Below, piece by piece: positions 9,007-18,775 of a stretch of 64,000 bases of DNA. Positions within the stretch are counted from its first letter, which is position 1, and every line of letters starts with the position of its first letter. A program made the position numbers and the translations under genes. This DNA comes from Trueperaceae bacterium (lineage in GTDB: Bacteria > Deinococcota > Deinococci > Deinococcales > Trueperaceae), in the NCBI GenBank assembly GCA_965213925.1, contig OZ243927.1, positions 3,584,001 to 3,648,000 on the forward strand. Reading direction: 5' to 3'. The notes under the pieces were generated by a model. It was not told where the DNA came from. It did not search any database and saw only the letters and a program-made list of their open reading frames with translations.

Positions 9007-10560
9007 TCAATTCGATTGAGCATCCACCTTTTCCTCAAGCTGCTCCTGTTGTAATAGCTGTTCAACTCTGTCCAAAAATTCTCCAAAATCTGTACCCTCT
9101 ACATCTTCTAAAGACATTGCTCGAGCAATATTAAAGTTCTTTTTCTTGACATTGAAACGTATTTGCTCTTCCAATTTCTTCTTCGAATCAATCTCCGTCA
9201 CATCAGAAGGAATTTGACCTCCATATTCTTTTCTCAAAGCCTCGAGAGTAAAATAGTTCTCGATAGCATACTTTTCTAGTCGTGCTACATCTATACCCAG
9301 ATGTTCGCAGTTCTCCAAAAACTTTCGTCTGACCGATTCGCTACCAGGGTCATTATCAACTAAAGCCATGATCTTATAACTTTGAGCCAAAACCGTGAGG
9401 TCAACTCTATCCATAGTATCACCGCCCAAAAACCAAAACTTGATAGAGTAATTTTCCGTTAACCCCTTTTTCCTCAAAAATTCTTCGATAACGGGAATGT
9501 CGCTTGGTCCTTCAGCTAGAATAACCATATCAGATACGACATTGTCAGCGACATCGTATCCGAGTTCATTAAGCGCTAGAGCTTTACTGGTTATGTCGGA
9601 GACTTGAATTTGACCCTCAACCTTTTGCGTGAGGAACATCTTGCTTGCAAAGCGACTGTCTAGGAAGATGCTGGAGTGAGTTGTGAGGATGAACTGTTTA
9701 TCATTACGCCCAGCGAGAAACTCGAGAAGTTTTCTCTGTATCTCTGGGTGCAGATGATTTTCAGGCTCTTCAATCATCACCAAACTGTGTTTAGAGTGGA
9801 TAGCAAAGTATAGAATCACGACTATGTCGCGAAAACCGAGACCCACTTCGTCAGCGAACTGCCAATGCTCACCATCTTCTGATACAGATAACTTGGCGCT
9901 GTCACCATCTACTTCAACATCAATTTGGTAGTCACTCGTAACAAAAGTAAAAGCGCTACAGAATTCTTCAAAGAGTTTACGTTCAGGATGACTCCTGTTC
10001 TTATTTTTCGCATTAAATAGCGCTGCTATAACTCCATTACCCTGTACATCGACGCTTGTCTCACGTGAATCTTGGTATGCGGGTAAAGTTCGTTTCGGCG
10101 GTACTAAAACAATAGCATCAGAAGCAAAAGGCATCATCTCTTCTAGCGCTCTTTCGACACCAGAAGGACGGTCATACCCTAGCCTATTGATCCTGTCTAT
10201 ATCTTGGACTATCAGAAGAAGCAACTCAGATAGTTCATCTTTACGCCAAATTGACTTCGTTGGAAAAGTAGATAATAGCCGTTCGCGCACCTCTTCTTTC
10301 TGTCGATAAATGCTTCGATTTGCAAAATGTTCAATCTTGTCCAAAACTTCACCAAGGAACTCTCTGTCTGATTCCAGATTTACTGTAGGTACAACGTACT
10401 CGAGAGCTTGCTTATCTTTCTTGTTTTTGGTGGCTAGCGCAGTGAGCAATCTAGTCTTACCAGAATTATTTTTGCCGCAGACTACTGTAACTCTTCCCAA
10501 ATCAGTGAACTGGGCATCTGAGATATCAGGAAAATCTTTAAGTAAGAAGCTTTTGGGCAC
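9007..10560 (-). CDS. OLD-family ATP-dependent nuclease (ABC-type ATPase + TOPRIM)
   Basis: Walker A GKNNSGKT, Walker B/D-loop IEEPENHLHP, H-loop TTHS, TOPRIM LAEGPSD and DND; visibly AT-richer than its flanks. Confidence 0.85.
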   Translation of the reverse strand: MPKSFLLKDFPDISDAQFTDLGRVTVVCGKNNSGKTRLLTALATKNKKDKQALEYVVPTVNLESDREFLGEVLDKIEHFANRSIYRQKEEVRERLLSTFPTKSIWRKDELSELLLLIVQDIDRINRLGYDRPSGVERALEEMMPFASDAIVLVPPKRTLPAYQDSRETSVDVQGNGVIAALFNAKNKNRSHPERKLFEEFCSAFTFVTSDYQIDVEVDGDSAKLSVSEDGEHWQFADEVGLGFRDIVVILYFAIHSKHSLVMIEEPENHLHPEIQRKLLEFLAGRNDKQFILTTHSSIFLDSRFASKMFLTQKVEGQIQVSDITSKALALNELGYDVADNVVSDMVILAEGPSDIPVIEEFLRKKGLTENYSIKFWFLGGDTMDRVDLTVLAQSYKIMALVDNDPGSESVRRKFLENCEHLGIDVARLEKYAIENYFTLEALRKEYGGQIPSDVTEIDSKKKLEEQIRFNVKKKNFNIARAMSLEDVEGTDFGEFLDRVEQLLQQEQLEEKVDAQSN

Positions 10561-10590
10561 ACAATATTCTAACCTTCAGCGTAGATACAT

Positions 10591-11568
10591 CTAACTCACT
10601 TCAGGTACGTAGCAGCGAATAACAACCCCATCACCGCTCAGCACGTACTCCCCTAATGACGCAGGCAGGACCGCTGTCTCACCTTTGCTCAAAGAAACCT
10701 CTTCCGCGCCCGCTCGCAGCGTCACCTCGCCCTCCACAGCCGTAAGAATCTCCAAGCTCGTCTCACGCACCTCTTCGCGCTGTTCGCCTGACACCTGCCA
10801 CCTCTCCGCCGCAAAATGTTCCGCGCGTAAAAGCTGTGTCTTGTTCTCCGAAAGAGGTTCGCTTTTCACTTTCGCCCGCTCGCCCGCTGTAAGATCAAGG
10901 ACATCCAGCGCCTTGTCCACGTGCAGCTCGCGCGCGCTGCCCGAGGCGTCGCGCCTTCCGTAATCGTACAAACGGTACGTGAGGTCGCTCGACTGCTGAA
11001 TCTCGAAGAGGAGCGTGCCCGCGCCGATGGCGTGAAGGGTTCCAGCGGGGTTATAAATCACATCACCGGTTTGAATCGGCACGACGTTGAGGTGAGGCTC
11101 GAGCCGCTCTTCCTGAATCGCTCGCCGCACCTCTTCCTCAGTCATCTCATCCTTAAAACCCCAGATGATGGTCGCGTCATCCTCCGCCGCCAAGATGACC
11201 CACGCTTCCGTTTTGCCCAAGTAGCCCGAACCTGCTTCGTGTTCCTTAGCGTATGTGTCGTCAGGGTGGACCTGAATCGAGAGGGGTTTATCCGCGCCGA
11301 TGAACTTGGCGAGCAGCGGGAACTGCGCGCCGTAACGCTCAGCCGAGAGCGTTCCTAAAAGGTCCGCGCCGTGCGCCTCGGCAACGTCGGCGAGCGTTTT
11401 GCCCATCAAGTCGCCGTTGGTGACGCGGTTATCCGCGTAGACGAGCCAGACTTCGCCCAAGGGCTCGTCGCCCCCATCCTCGATCCGCAAAAAGTCAGCG
11501 AGCCCGCCGCCGCCCCAGAGTTTTTGGCTGAGTTTGGGCTCTAATTTAAGTGGATAGAGCTTAGTCAT
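10591..11568 (-). CDS. manA: Mannose-6-phosphate isomerase, class I
   Basis: LWGG, FPLLAK, LSIQVHPDD, GKTEAW, HAIGAG, EIQQSSDLTYRLYDYGR. Confidence 0.93.
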   Translation of the reverse strand: MTKLYPLKLEPKLSQKLWGGGGLADFLRIEDGGDEPLGEVWLVYADNRVTNGDLMGKTLADVAEAHGADLLGTLSAERYGAQFPLLAKFIGADKPLSIQVHPDDTYAKEHEAGSGYLGKTEAWVILAAEDDATIIWGFKDEMTEEEVRRAIQEERLEPHLNVVPIQTGDVIYNPAGTLHAIGAGTLLFEIQQSSDLTYRLYDYGRRDASGSARELHVDKALDVLDLTAGERAKVKSEPLSENKTQLLRAEHFAAERWQVSGEQREEVRETSLEILTAVEGEVTLRAGAEEVSLSKGETAVLPASLGEYVLSGDGVVIRCYVPEVS

Positions 11569-11629
11569 ACGGCGCGTCCTTATATCTAATTGTCATAGAA
11601 ATACTTTACCTCATGATAAGAGAGAGCCA

Positions 11630-11673
11630 GTCAGCGGGTCAGGACAAACCAAAAAGCTGACCCGCTGACCCGC
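11630..11673. repeat. Inverted octamer tandem repeat (GTCAGCGG.../CTGACCCG...)
   Basis: gtcagcgggtcagga...gctgacccgctgacccgc; same pattern at 36763 and 37928. Confidence 0.6.
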
Positions 11674-11722
11674 TTCCCAACTGAGAACTTTTGTTACGCT
11701 CAGGTGAGAAAAAAGAGGTAGG

Positions 11723-12388
11723 ATGGAGGAAGGCAGCACCTCAAATAAGATGCTCGAGACTCTATCTGACTTTCTCAACCAAGCCGGCGCGTTCGCGCCC
11801 CTCGTCTATATCTCCTTCTTTCTCGCGACGGCGCTCTTGCCCTTTATCCCAACGCCCGTGGTGGTCGCCTTGGGCGGTAGTATGCTGGGCTCGATTCCCG
11901 CCATCGGCTACGGCGTCATCGGTTTGGGACTCGGAGCGTATCTTGCGCTCAAGCTCTCGCGCACGCTGGGACGTCCGGTGGTGATTCGCATGGTCGGCGC
12001 GAAGGCGTGGGAGGAGTGGGAATACCTCTTGGGGATTCGCTCGCCCGCGCTGTGGGGTCTCATTTTCTTCCTCTTAAACATCGACTTCGCGGTGGTGGCG
12101 GCGGGGCTCTCGAGCGTCCCCATGTGGCAGCTCTGGCTGAGCGCCGTGATTGCGCGGCTCCCTTGGCTCGTGCTGAGCGCCTTTTTCGGCGAGTCGCTCT
12201 TGCGCCCGGAGATGCTACCGCTCGCGGTGACGATCGTGGTTGCGCTTATCGTCGCGATTCACTTTATGCGGAAGAAACTGCGCCACTATCTCGTAGAGAA
12301 GCAGATCGCGGAGCAGGGCTTAGGGAAGAGCTTACCGCCCGCTAAGCCTAAGCTCGCGAAGAAAGACTTGTCGAAGACGGATAGGTAA
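11723..12388 (+). CDS. TVP38/TMEM64 (DedA/VTT) family membrane protein
   Basis: Hydrophobic; PFIP..ALGG..G, GR..V, AAGLS.VP motifs. Confidence 0.8.
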   Translation: MEEGSTSNKMLETLSDFLNQAGAFAPLVYISFFLATALLPFIPTPVVVALGGSMLGSIPAIGYGVIGLGLGAYLALKLSRTLGRPVVIRMVGAKAWEEWEYLLGIRSPALWGLIFFLLNIDFAVVAAGLSSVPMWQLWLSAVIARLPWLVLSAFFGESLLRPEMLPLAVTIVVALIVAIHFMRKKLRHYLVEKQIAEQGLGKSLPPAKPKLAKKDLSKTDR

Positions 12389-12475
12389 GAGTGATTAGCA
12401 CAATCTAAACGCTAGAAGCCTCTCACCATATGTGAGAACTCATATGCAGGAAGCGCATTAGTCAGCTAAACGCAC

Positions 12476-13849
12476 CTAATCCAGCGGTATCTTCTTCCCC
12501 GGATTGAGAATATTTTCGGGTCCAGTGCGCGTTTAAGCGTCTTCATGACCTCTAGCGACGCGCCGTGCTCTTCGTCCATGTAGCGCATCTTCCGCACACC
12601 GACGCCGTGCTCACCCGTGGAGGTACCGCCGAGTTTGAGCGCTAACTTGACAAGTTGATGACTGACCTCTTCCACCTTTTCCTTGACGGTTTGGTCCTCT
12701 TTATCGAAGAAGATAGCCAGGTGAAAGTTACCGTCGCCGACGTGACCGACGAGATACGCGGTGAGCCCCTCTTGCTCGCACAGCTCTAAAGAGGTCGTGA
12801 CCGCTTCGGGGAGTTCGGAAATCGGTACGGCGAGGTCAGTGACGACGCTGCTCTTGCCGGGGTTCGCGGCGACGGTGGCGTAGTAGGTGTTGTGGCGAGC
12901 GTTCCAGAGTTTTTCTCGCTCCTCGGGGTCGGTGCTCGAGTCGAACGCCAGTGCGCCGACCTCTTCCGCCAGCTCTTTCGCCAACGCCGCCTCCGCCTCA
13001 ACACCCACCGGGTTGCCGTGAAACTCCAAAAAGACCGTCATCTCTTCGGGGTAGTCCGTTCCCTGATGCGCGTTGACCGCTTCGATACTTTTCGGGTCAA
13101 TCAACTCGCACCGCGCGACGGGAATCCCTGCTTGAATCAAGGTTGTGACGAACTGCGTCGCCGCTTTTACATCTTTGAAGGGAACCCGCGCCGCCGACGC
13201 CGCTTCGGGCAGTCCGGTGAGCCGCACCGTCACCTCGGTGATGACACCTAGCGTCCCTTCTGCGCCGCAGTAGAGTCTGGTGAGGTTGTAACCGCTCGAG
13301 GACTTGCGCGACTTCGAGCCCGTACGAATGATCTCACCTGTCGGCGTGACGATCTCGAGCCCCAAGATGAAAGTCCGCCGTCACCCCGTAGCGCACCGCC
13401 GCTGTACCCGAAGCGTTGGTCGAGACCATCCCGCCGAGCGAAGCGTGCGCGCCTGGGTCAACGGGGAAGAAGAGCCCGTCGCGGCGCGTGCGTTCGTTGA
13501 TCTGCGGATACGTCACGGCGGGCTGCACGCGCATCAGCAGGTCTTGGGGTGAGTATTCGACGATCTGGTCCATGCGCCCCATGTCGAGGGAGATGCCGCC
13601 GCGCAAGGGAACGGTGTGACCTTCGAGGCTCGAGTTCGACCCGACAGGCGTGATGGGAATACCGTGCTCATAGGCGAAATTAACCACGCGCTGCACCTCT
13701 TCGGCGGATTCGGGATAGACCACCGCGTCCGGCAAGACCGCCTCGTCGTACGACTCGCCCTTGCCATGCTGCTCCAGTACGGACGCGCTCGTGCTCACCT
13801 GCTCGGGGCGTAAAAACGCCGTCAAGTCCTGCGCTACGCTTTTAATCAT
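12476..13849 (-). CDS. FAD-linked oxidase (GlcD/D-lactate dehydrogenase family), split by two single-base indels
   Basis: FPVDPGA.ASLGGM.STNASG, GYNLTRLYCGAEGTLG, GHVGDGNFH, TGEHGVG; removing one base at 13370-13372 and adding one at 12513-12516 gives DFILGLEIV and DPKNILNPGKKIPLD*. Confidence 0.85.
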
Positions 13850-13905
13850 GCCTTAGAGTACGCTTCTTAGCGTGCCGATACAACGTTTGTACGAGTGCGG
13901 ACGGC

Positions 13906-13933
13906 GTAGGGGGGATTCATGAATCCCCCCTAC
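13906..13933. repeat. GTAG-type REP palindrome
   Basis: Perfect 28-bp palindrome GTAGGGGGGATTCATGAATCCCCCCTAC. Confidence 0.8.
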
Positions 13934-13960
13934 TTCGACTACAGTGCAATACGACGCTGC

Positions 13961-13989
13961 GTAGGGGCGGGTTTGAAACTCACCCCTAC
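13961..13989. repeat. GTAG-type REP palindrome
   Basis: GTAGGGGCGGGTTTGAAACTCACCCCTAC, imperfect palindrome with GTAG/CTAC ends. Confidence 0.75.
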
Positions 13990-14049
13990 TAACCGACCTT
14001 TGAACGCAGAAATATCCCTCGAGCCCAACGCAAAATCTATAGCATCACC

Positions 14050-14844
14050 CTAGTTCGGCACAGCCTCTTTTCGGCAGGCGTGCGCGATCTCCTCGGCGAG
14101 CGAGCGGACGTCGCGTCCCTGCTCCAGACCGGCTATAAGCGCCGAGCCGACCACTACGCCGTCGGCGACGGCGGCGACGGGGCGCGCGGTTTGCGCGTTC
14201 GCCACGCCGAACCCCACCGCGACGGGCAGATCGCTCACCGCCTTGACGCGGGAGACGAGATTCGGCACGTCGGCGGGGAGCGCGTCCCTTGCACCGGTCA
14301 CGCCCGTGACCGACACGGCGTAGACGAAGCCGCGGCACGCCTCCGTGACAAGCCTAAGCCGCGCTTCGGTCGAGGTCGGTGCCACCAGAAAGACCGTGTC
14401 TAGGTCGGCATCTCGAGCCGCCCGGATGAACGTGTCGCCCTCGTCGGGGGGCAAGTCGGGCAAGATGACGCCGTCCGCGCCCGCCACCTTGAGGTCGGCG
14501 GCGAAGCCCGTCTCGCCGCCCCGGTAACAGTAGATGGGGTTGTAGTAGGTCATCATCACGATGGCTTTGTCGCTCGTCTCGCGAAGCTCGCGGATGAGGT
14601 CCAAACTCTTCTGCGTGGTCATACCCTGCGCCAAAGCGCGTTCGGAGGAGCGCTGGATGGTCGGACCGTCGCCCAGAGGGTCGGAGTACGGCAAACCGAC
14701 CTCCAACACGTCGGCGATCTCTAGCAGCGCCCTCGCGGTCTCCAAAAAGGTCGCTTCGTCGGGAAAGCCCGCGGTCAAGAACGGCACGAACGCGGCGCGA
14801 CCCTCCCCCTTCGCCTTCTCAAACGCTCTACCGATACGGCTCAC
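14050..14844 (-). CDS. trpA: Tryptophan synthase alpha chain
   Basis: [44 protein letters not shown]. Confidence 0.97.
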   Translation of the reverse strand: MSRIGRAFEKAKGEGRAAFVPFLTAGFPDEATFLETARALLEIADVLEVGLPYSDPLGDGPTIQRSSERALAQGMTTQKSLDLIRELRETSDKAIVMMTYYNPIYCYRGGETGFAADLKVAGADGVILPDLPPDEGDTFIRAARDADLDTVFLVAPTSTEARLRLVTEACRGFVYAVSVTGVTGARDALPADVPNLVSRVKAVSDLPVAVGFGVANAQTARPVAAVADGVVVGSALIAGLEQGRDVRSLAEEIAHACRKEAVPN

Positions 14845-16064
14845 GACGCCGCCCCCGTTTCTTCGCTCATTTTAAGCACGCGCATCGCTTCGTTGACGTC
14901 CTTGTCGCCGCGTCCCGAGAGGTTGACGACGACGATCTCTTCTGACGACATTGTCGCGGCGAGCTTCATCGCGTAGTAGACAGCGTGAGCGGTCTCGAGC
15001 GCCGGGATGATGCCCTCGATCTCGCTCAGCGCCCGGAACGCCTCCAATGCCTGCGCGTCGTCCACGCCAACGTAGCGCGCCAGCCCCGCGTCCGCGTAGT
15101 ACGAATGCTCCGGCCCGACGCCCGGATAGTCGAGCCCCGCCGAGACCGAGTGCGCGGGCGAAATCTGCCCGTCGCCGTCACTCATCAGGTACATCAGCGC
15201 GCCGTGCAGCACGCCCTTTTTCCCCGCCGAGATGCTCGCCGCGTGCGAGCCCGTCGCGACGCCGTGCCCCGCCGCCTCGACACCGTAGAGCGCCGGCCGT
15301 TCCGAAGCGTCCATGTAGGCGTAGGGCGCAAATAGACCGATCGCGTTCGAGCCACCGCCAACGCACGCCACGACTGCATCCGGGACGCGTCGACCCTCCT
15401 GCGCCTCTAGCTGGGTCAGCGTCTCCCATCCGATGACGCTCTGAAAATCGCGCACGATTTTGGGGTAGGGGTGCGGTCCGACCACCGAGCCGATGATGTA
15501 GAAGGTGTCGCGCACGTTCGTGACCCAGTCGCGGATCGCTTCGTTGGTGGCGTCTTTAAGGGTACGCGTGCCGCTCGTGACGGAGCGCACCTCTGCGCCC
15601 AAGAGCTTCATCCGGAAGACGTTCAGCGCTTGCCGCCGCACGTCCTCTTCGCCCATGTAAACTACGCACTCCAAGCCGAAGAGTGCCGCCGCCGTCGCCG
15701 TCGCCACGCCGTGCTGCCCCGCGCCCGTCTCGGCGATGACGCGCGCCTTGCCGAGCCGCTTGGCTAAAAGCGCCTGCCCGACGGTGTTATTGACCTTATG
15801 CGCGCCCGTATGGTTTAAGTCTTCACGCTTGAGGTAGATTTTTGCGCCGCCGCACCGCTCGGTTAAGTTTTTCGCCAAATAGAGCAGGCTGGGGCGACCC
15901 ACAAACGTCTTCAGGTAGTGGTGAAACTCGGCTTGAAAGCTCTCGTCGTCGGCGGCTTTGTCATAAGCCGCGGTAAGTTCGTCTAGCGCAGGGATGAGCG
16001 TTTCGGGGACGTAGCGCCCGCCGAATTCGCCGTAGCGCCCGCGCGCATTAGGCATGGGAAACAT
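14841..16064 (-). CDS. trpB: Tryptophan synthase beta chain
   Basis: [42 protein letters not shown]; start placed at the ATG 6 nt after GGAGG. Confidence 0.97.
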   Translation of the reverse strand: MFPMPNARGRYGEFGGRYVPETLIPALDELTAAYDKAADDESFQAEFHHYLKTFVGRPSLLYLAKNLTERCGGAKIYLKREDLNHTGAHKVNNTVGQALLAKRLGKARVIAETGAGQHGVATATAAALFGLECVVYMGEEDVRRQALNVFRMKLLGAEVRSVTSGTRTLKDATNEAIRDWVTNVRDTFYIIGSVVGPHPYPKIVRDFQSVIGWETLTQLEAQEGRRVPDAVVACVGGGSNAIGLFAPYAYMDASERPALYGVEAAGHGVATGSHAASISAGKKGVLHGALMYLMSDGDGQISPAHSVSAGLDYPGVGPEHSYYADAGLARYVGVDDAQALEAFRALSEIEGIIPALETAHAVYYAMKLAATMSSEEIVVVNLSGRGDKDVNEAMRVLKMSEETGAAS

Positions 16065-16099
16065 GGGCAACCTCCGGTGAGGAATTGTGCTTGGGATTA

Positions 16100-16222
16100 A
16101 AAGGATGAAAAACTAGCGATTTGCTGCCAGCTCAAAGCTAAGCGTTACCGAAACGCTACCAGCGTTGATGGTGCCACTTAAAACTGCGCGGTGTTCTCGT
16201 CCGGTTCACTACGCTAAGTTTA
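16100..16222 (-). promoter_or_regulatory. Putative ribosome-mediated trp attenuator
   Basis: -10 TAAACT (16217-16222), a Trp-containing leader ORF, mutually exclusive AACGCT/AGCGTT pairings, and hairpin AGCTGGC-N8-GCTAGTT followed by T-runs before the trpB RBS. Confidence 0.7.
16156..16209 (-). CDS. Putative Trp leader peptide MNRTRTPRSFKWHHQRW
   Basis: 17-aa ORF with 2 Trp codons, GTG 7 nt after a TAAACT box, ~90 nt upstream of trpB. Confidence 0.7.
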   Translation of the reverse strand: MNRTRTPRSFKWHHQRW

Positions 16223-16306
16223 GCCGAAAAGACAACGTTTTGTCCAGAAAAGCGCCGATGCATAATTTGGACGGGCTCGTAGGACGTGTCATATGTGTTT
16301 TACAGC

Positions 16307-16499
16307 GTCGAAACAGTCAACGATCCACTCGAGAACGTCGCGCGAGTTGAGCATACCCGTTACACGCAGTCGTTCAGCCTTGCAGTCAACCTCATCACCG
16401 GGCGCACCGCTTACCAAAAGCAGCCTAAAATGCCTTTCTTAAATTGAGGTGTCGAGAGGGACCTTCTCCCTGCGCTCATTTCAAACCTCGAGTTCAGGT
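16307..16499 (+). mobile_element. Degenerate IS982-family remnant (transposase C-terminus + right end)
   Basis: Translates VETVNDPLENVARVEHTRY..LAVNLITGRTAYQKQPKMPFLN*, matching [41 protein letters not shown] of the IS at 23.4 kb; followed by gaccttctccctgcgctcattt and CGAGTTCAGGT, similar to that IS end. Confidence 0.8.
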
Positions 16500-16890
16500 C
16501 GTTTAAGCTCGAGCAAGGCGTAGCGTTTCTACTTAGGTGTACCGTAGCAAACCCAAATGTGAGTGAACGCGGATAGGGACAATCGCAGTGAATTGTGCAG
16601 GGACGACTCTCGGAAGTGCTGTAGAAATAGTGCGCGAAGTATCGTCGCGCGGTAGCACTCCCGCTACACGAAGTGGTACAGCAGGTTGTGTAGATGTGAA
16701 ACCGCCAAAATAAAGCCGAGACGACCTTTAGCGAACCGTAGAATTCTTGTCAAGATCAGATGTCGAGGCGTGAATCATCTGGGCTCGTGGTCGCGGCGAG
16801 TCGCCGATTTAGATTCGCCGCATAACATCACGGTTGTAGGTCAGCAGTGGGAAAGACGAGTTTCACTACTGACCTCAAGCTTGTCTTTAT

Positions 16891-16922
16891 ATGTCACTTC
16901 TACTCTCAAGTAGAAGTGACAT
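16891..16922. terminator. Perfect 14-bp inverted repeat downstream of the lipoprotein gene
   Basis: ATGTCACTTCTACT-ctca-AGTAGAAGTGACAT; no clear U-tract. Confidence 0.5.
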
Positions 16923-16959
16923 CGGCTCAGCTCCACCGAGCATAGGTTGTACGCGAGCT

Positions 16960-18390
16960 TTAGTTGCAGTACCAGTCGCCGCGATATTCCGCTCCGCTCT
17001 CAGCCGTATTGCCCAGTTCATCCGTCACAACGACTTTGAGTGCCTCCCAGACGCAGTTGCCGTCGATACCGTCGTAGCCAGGCTCGTCTGTTTGCCATCT
17101 GTCATCAGCTGCGGAGTAGGTCAACGGATAGGGGGTGCCGCCTTCGGTCGAGCCGACAAGTTGGAAGGTGCTGTCGTCAGCAGCGAACTGCTTCGCGAAA
17201 AGCTCGATCTTGGTGATCGCTCCGTCTAAGCCAGGTGTCGCAGGTCCGCCGATCACTCGAGGGTGGTCGAAGTAGAGGTTGATGTCATAGCCTATACTCA
17301 GCGTCGGAACCACGCTTAGGCTTTGCTGAACTTCTGCCTGATTCCCCGAGCTGTCAAACGCGACGACTGTAAGGTCGTAGTCGCCCGCTTCAGGTGTCCA
17401 GTTCAGGGTCCAGTCGTTTCCCGCGAAAGAAACCTCCGCCACGCCCTCCTCGGCGTATTCATTCGTATCGCTCGAGCCGATCAAAGCCGGTCCTTCAAAC
17501 ACTTGCACTTTAAGAAGCCCAACGTTATCCAAGGCGCTACCCGTCAGGCTCGCCCCTTCTCCGGCGGGGACGGTACCAGGGTCGTTCACGCTCAAGCTAG
17601 GGCGCTCGTTGTCGAGGAAAAAGCCCGCGTTCTCGACAAAGGGTACTGTGAATTCGCCGAGCATTTGCTCGCCTTCTACCGCCACGCCGTCCACGATCAT
17701 CCAACCGATCACAGTGACCGAGACGGTGAAGTCGTTGTCTAAAGGGTTTGAGGTTGCGATGACGCGCGTGCCTAGGTCGCTCTGCTCGTTTACGGTACCG
17801 TCATCTGCGCCAACTTCGTAGATAGCGCTGTAGTCCTCAAAAGGAACCTCGTAGCCGCCGGGCGAGGTCACACTGAGGTAGAGGTCTAAAAGTTGACCGG
17901 GCACGACCGAGCTGATCGGCGCAGTATGGTCGAGCGCAACCCCTTCCATCAGGGTGTGAAGCTCCAAGGCGACCGTGTCCGTATCGACATTGACGGTTTG
18001 GGTGACCTCGCCGTAACTCATCCAGACGTCACCTCCGTCAAACCCTCTAGCCTGAAAGGTGTACTCCTGTCCGGCGACGATACCTACGGTGACGCTGTCA
18101 CCTGGGATGTACGGGATGAACGCGACGCTGCCTTCAGGGTCGAGATTGTAACTTTCATCGAAGGTGAGAGGGGTACCGTCCGCGCTGAGGATAGTTATTT
18201 CTAAACGTTCAACAACGGCTGCGCCGTCCTCTCCGAAGGGAACGGCTAAGGTGTTCAGACCGAAGTCGAGGGCCAAGGTGACCGGGGTGAGGTTAGCAGG
18301 GCGCGCGTCGGGCATTTCCGGCTCAGGCTGACTGGAGCAGGCTGCAAACAGCAGGGCGAATAGCAGGGCAAATAGAGACAATCTCTTCAT
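16960..18390 (-). CDS. Acidic lipoprotein with Ig-like (Big) domain(s)
   Basis: MKRLSLFALLFALLFAAC lipobox after a GAGAGG RBS; DNERP..LTGSALDNVG..V.V..WTL.W..GDY.LTVVAFDSSGN Ig-like repeat. Confidence 0.75.
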   Translation of the reverse strand: MKRLSLFALLFALLFAACSSQPEPEMPDARPANLTPVTLALDFGLNTLAVPFGEDGAAVVERLEITILSADGTPLTFDESYNLDPEGSVAFIPYIPGDSVTVGIVAGQEYTFQARGFDGGDVWMSYGEVTQTVNVDTDTVALELHTLMEGVALDHTAPISSVVPGQLLDLYLSVTSPGGYEVPFEDYSAIYEVGADDGTVNEQSDLGTRVIATSNPLDNDFTVSVTVIGWMIVDGVAVEGEQMLGEFTVPFVENAGFFLDNERPSLSVNDPGTVPAGEGASLTGSALDNVGLLKVQVFEGPALIGSSDTNEYAEEGVAEVSFAGNDWTLNWTPEAGDYDLTVVAFDSSGNQAEVQQSLSVVPTLSIGYDINLYFDHPRVIGGPATPGLDGAITKIELFAKQFAADDSTFQLVGSTEGGTPYPLTYSAADDRWQTDEPGYDGIDGNCVWEALKVVVTDELGNTAESGAEYRGDWYCN

Positions 18391-18775
18391 TTGTGTAAAC
18401 CTCTCTCGGGAATCAAATTGCGCTCTGAGTTTCTCGGCGCGCAAACCGAAAAACCCATGAAGCCGTACCGACCATCGCTTTTGAATAGTGACATTGGTCA
18501 CGGCTTGTACGCTCAATATATGAAGAAGATTAAAGAGGTTCGGTGAATAATTTTACGCAGCCTCCGCTAGATATAAGGTTTTTTACAGGGCAGGAGGTGA
18601 CCGGCTATTCATTGGGCAGTGGTTTGTGCGACGTCGTAGCTTGAGCTAAAGCCTGAAGGCGGTGACTGCGGCGAGCGCGTGGCGCTTGGCAGCCGCAAAA
18701 CCTCACGAAGTGCACCGAGCCCTTCATTGTTGAACGCGCCGGGGCGGTAGGCTCGAGGTCACAGGAGGCTCAACG

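Noticed and set aside
9007..10560. Gabija, PARIS or retron system
   Set aside because: No UvrD helicase, separate TOPRIM gene or reverse transcriptase nearby
16499..16562. Purine-riboswitch-like string (TCGTTTAA..AAGG..GTTTCTAC..CCGTA)
   Set aside because: P1 and P3 pair poorly, conserved junction bases deviate, and there is no downstream gene on the + strand; an Rfam RF00167 scan would settle it
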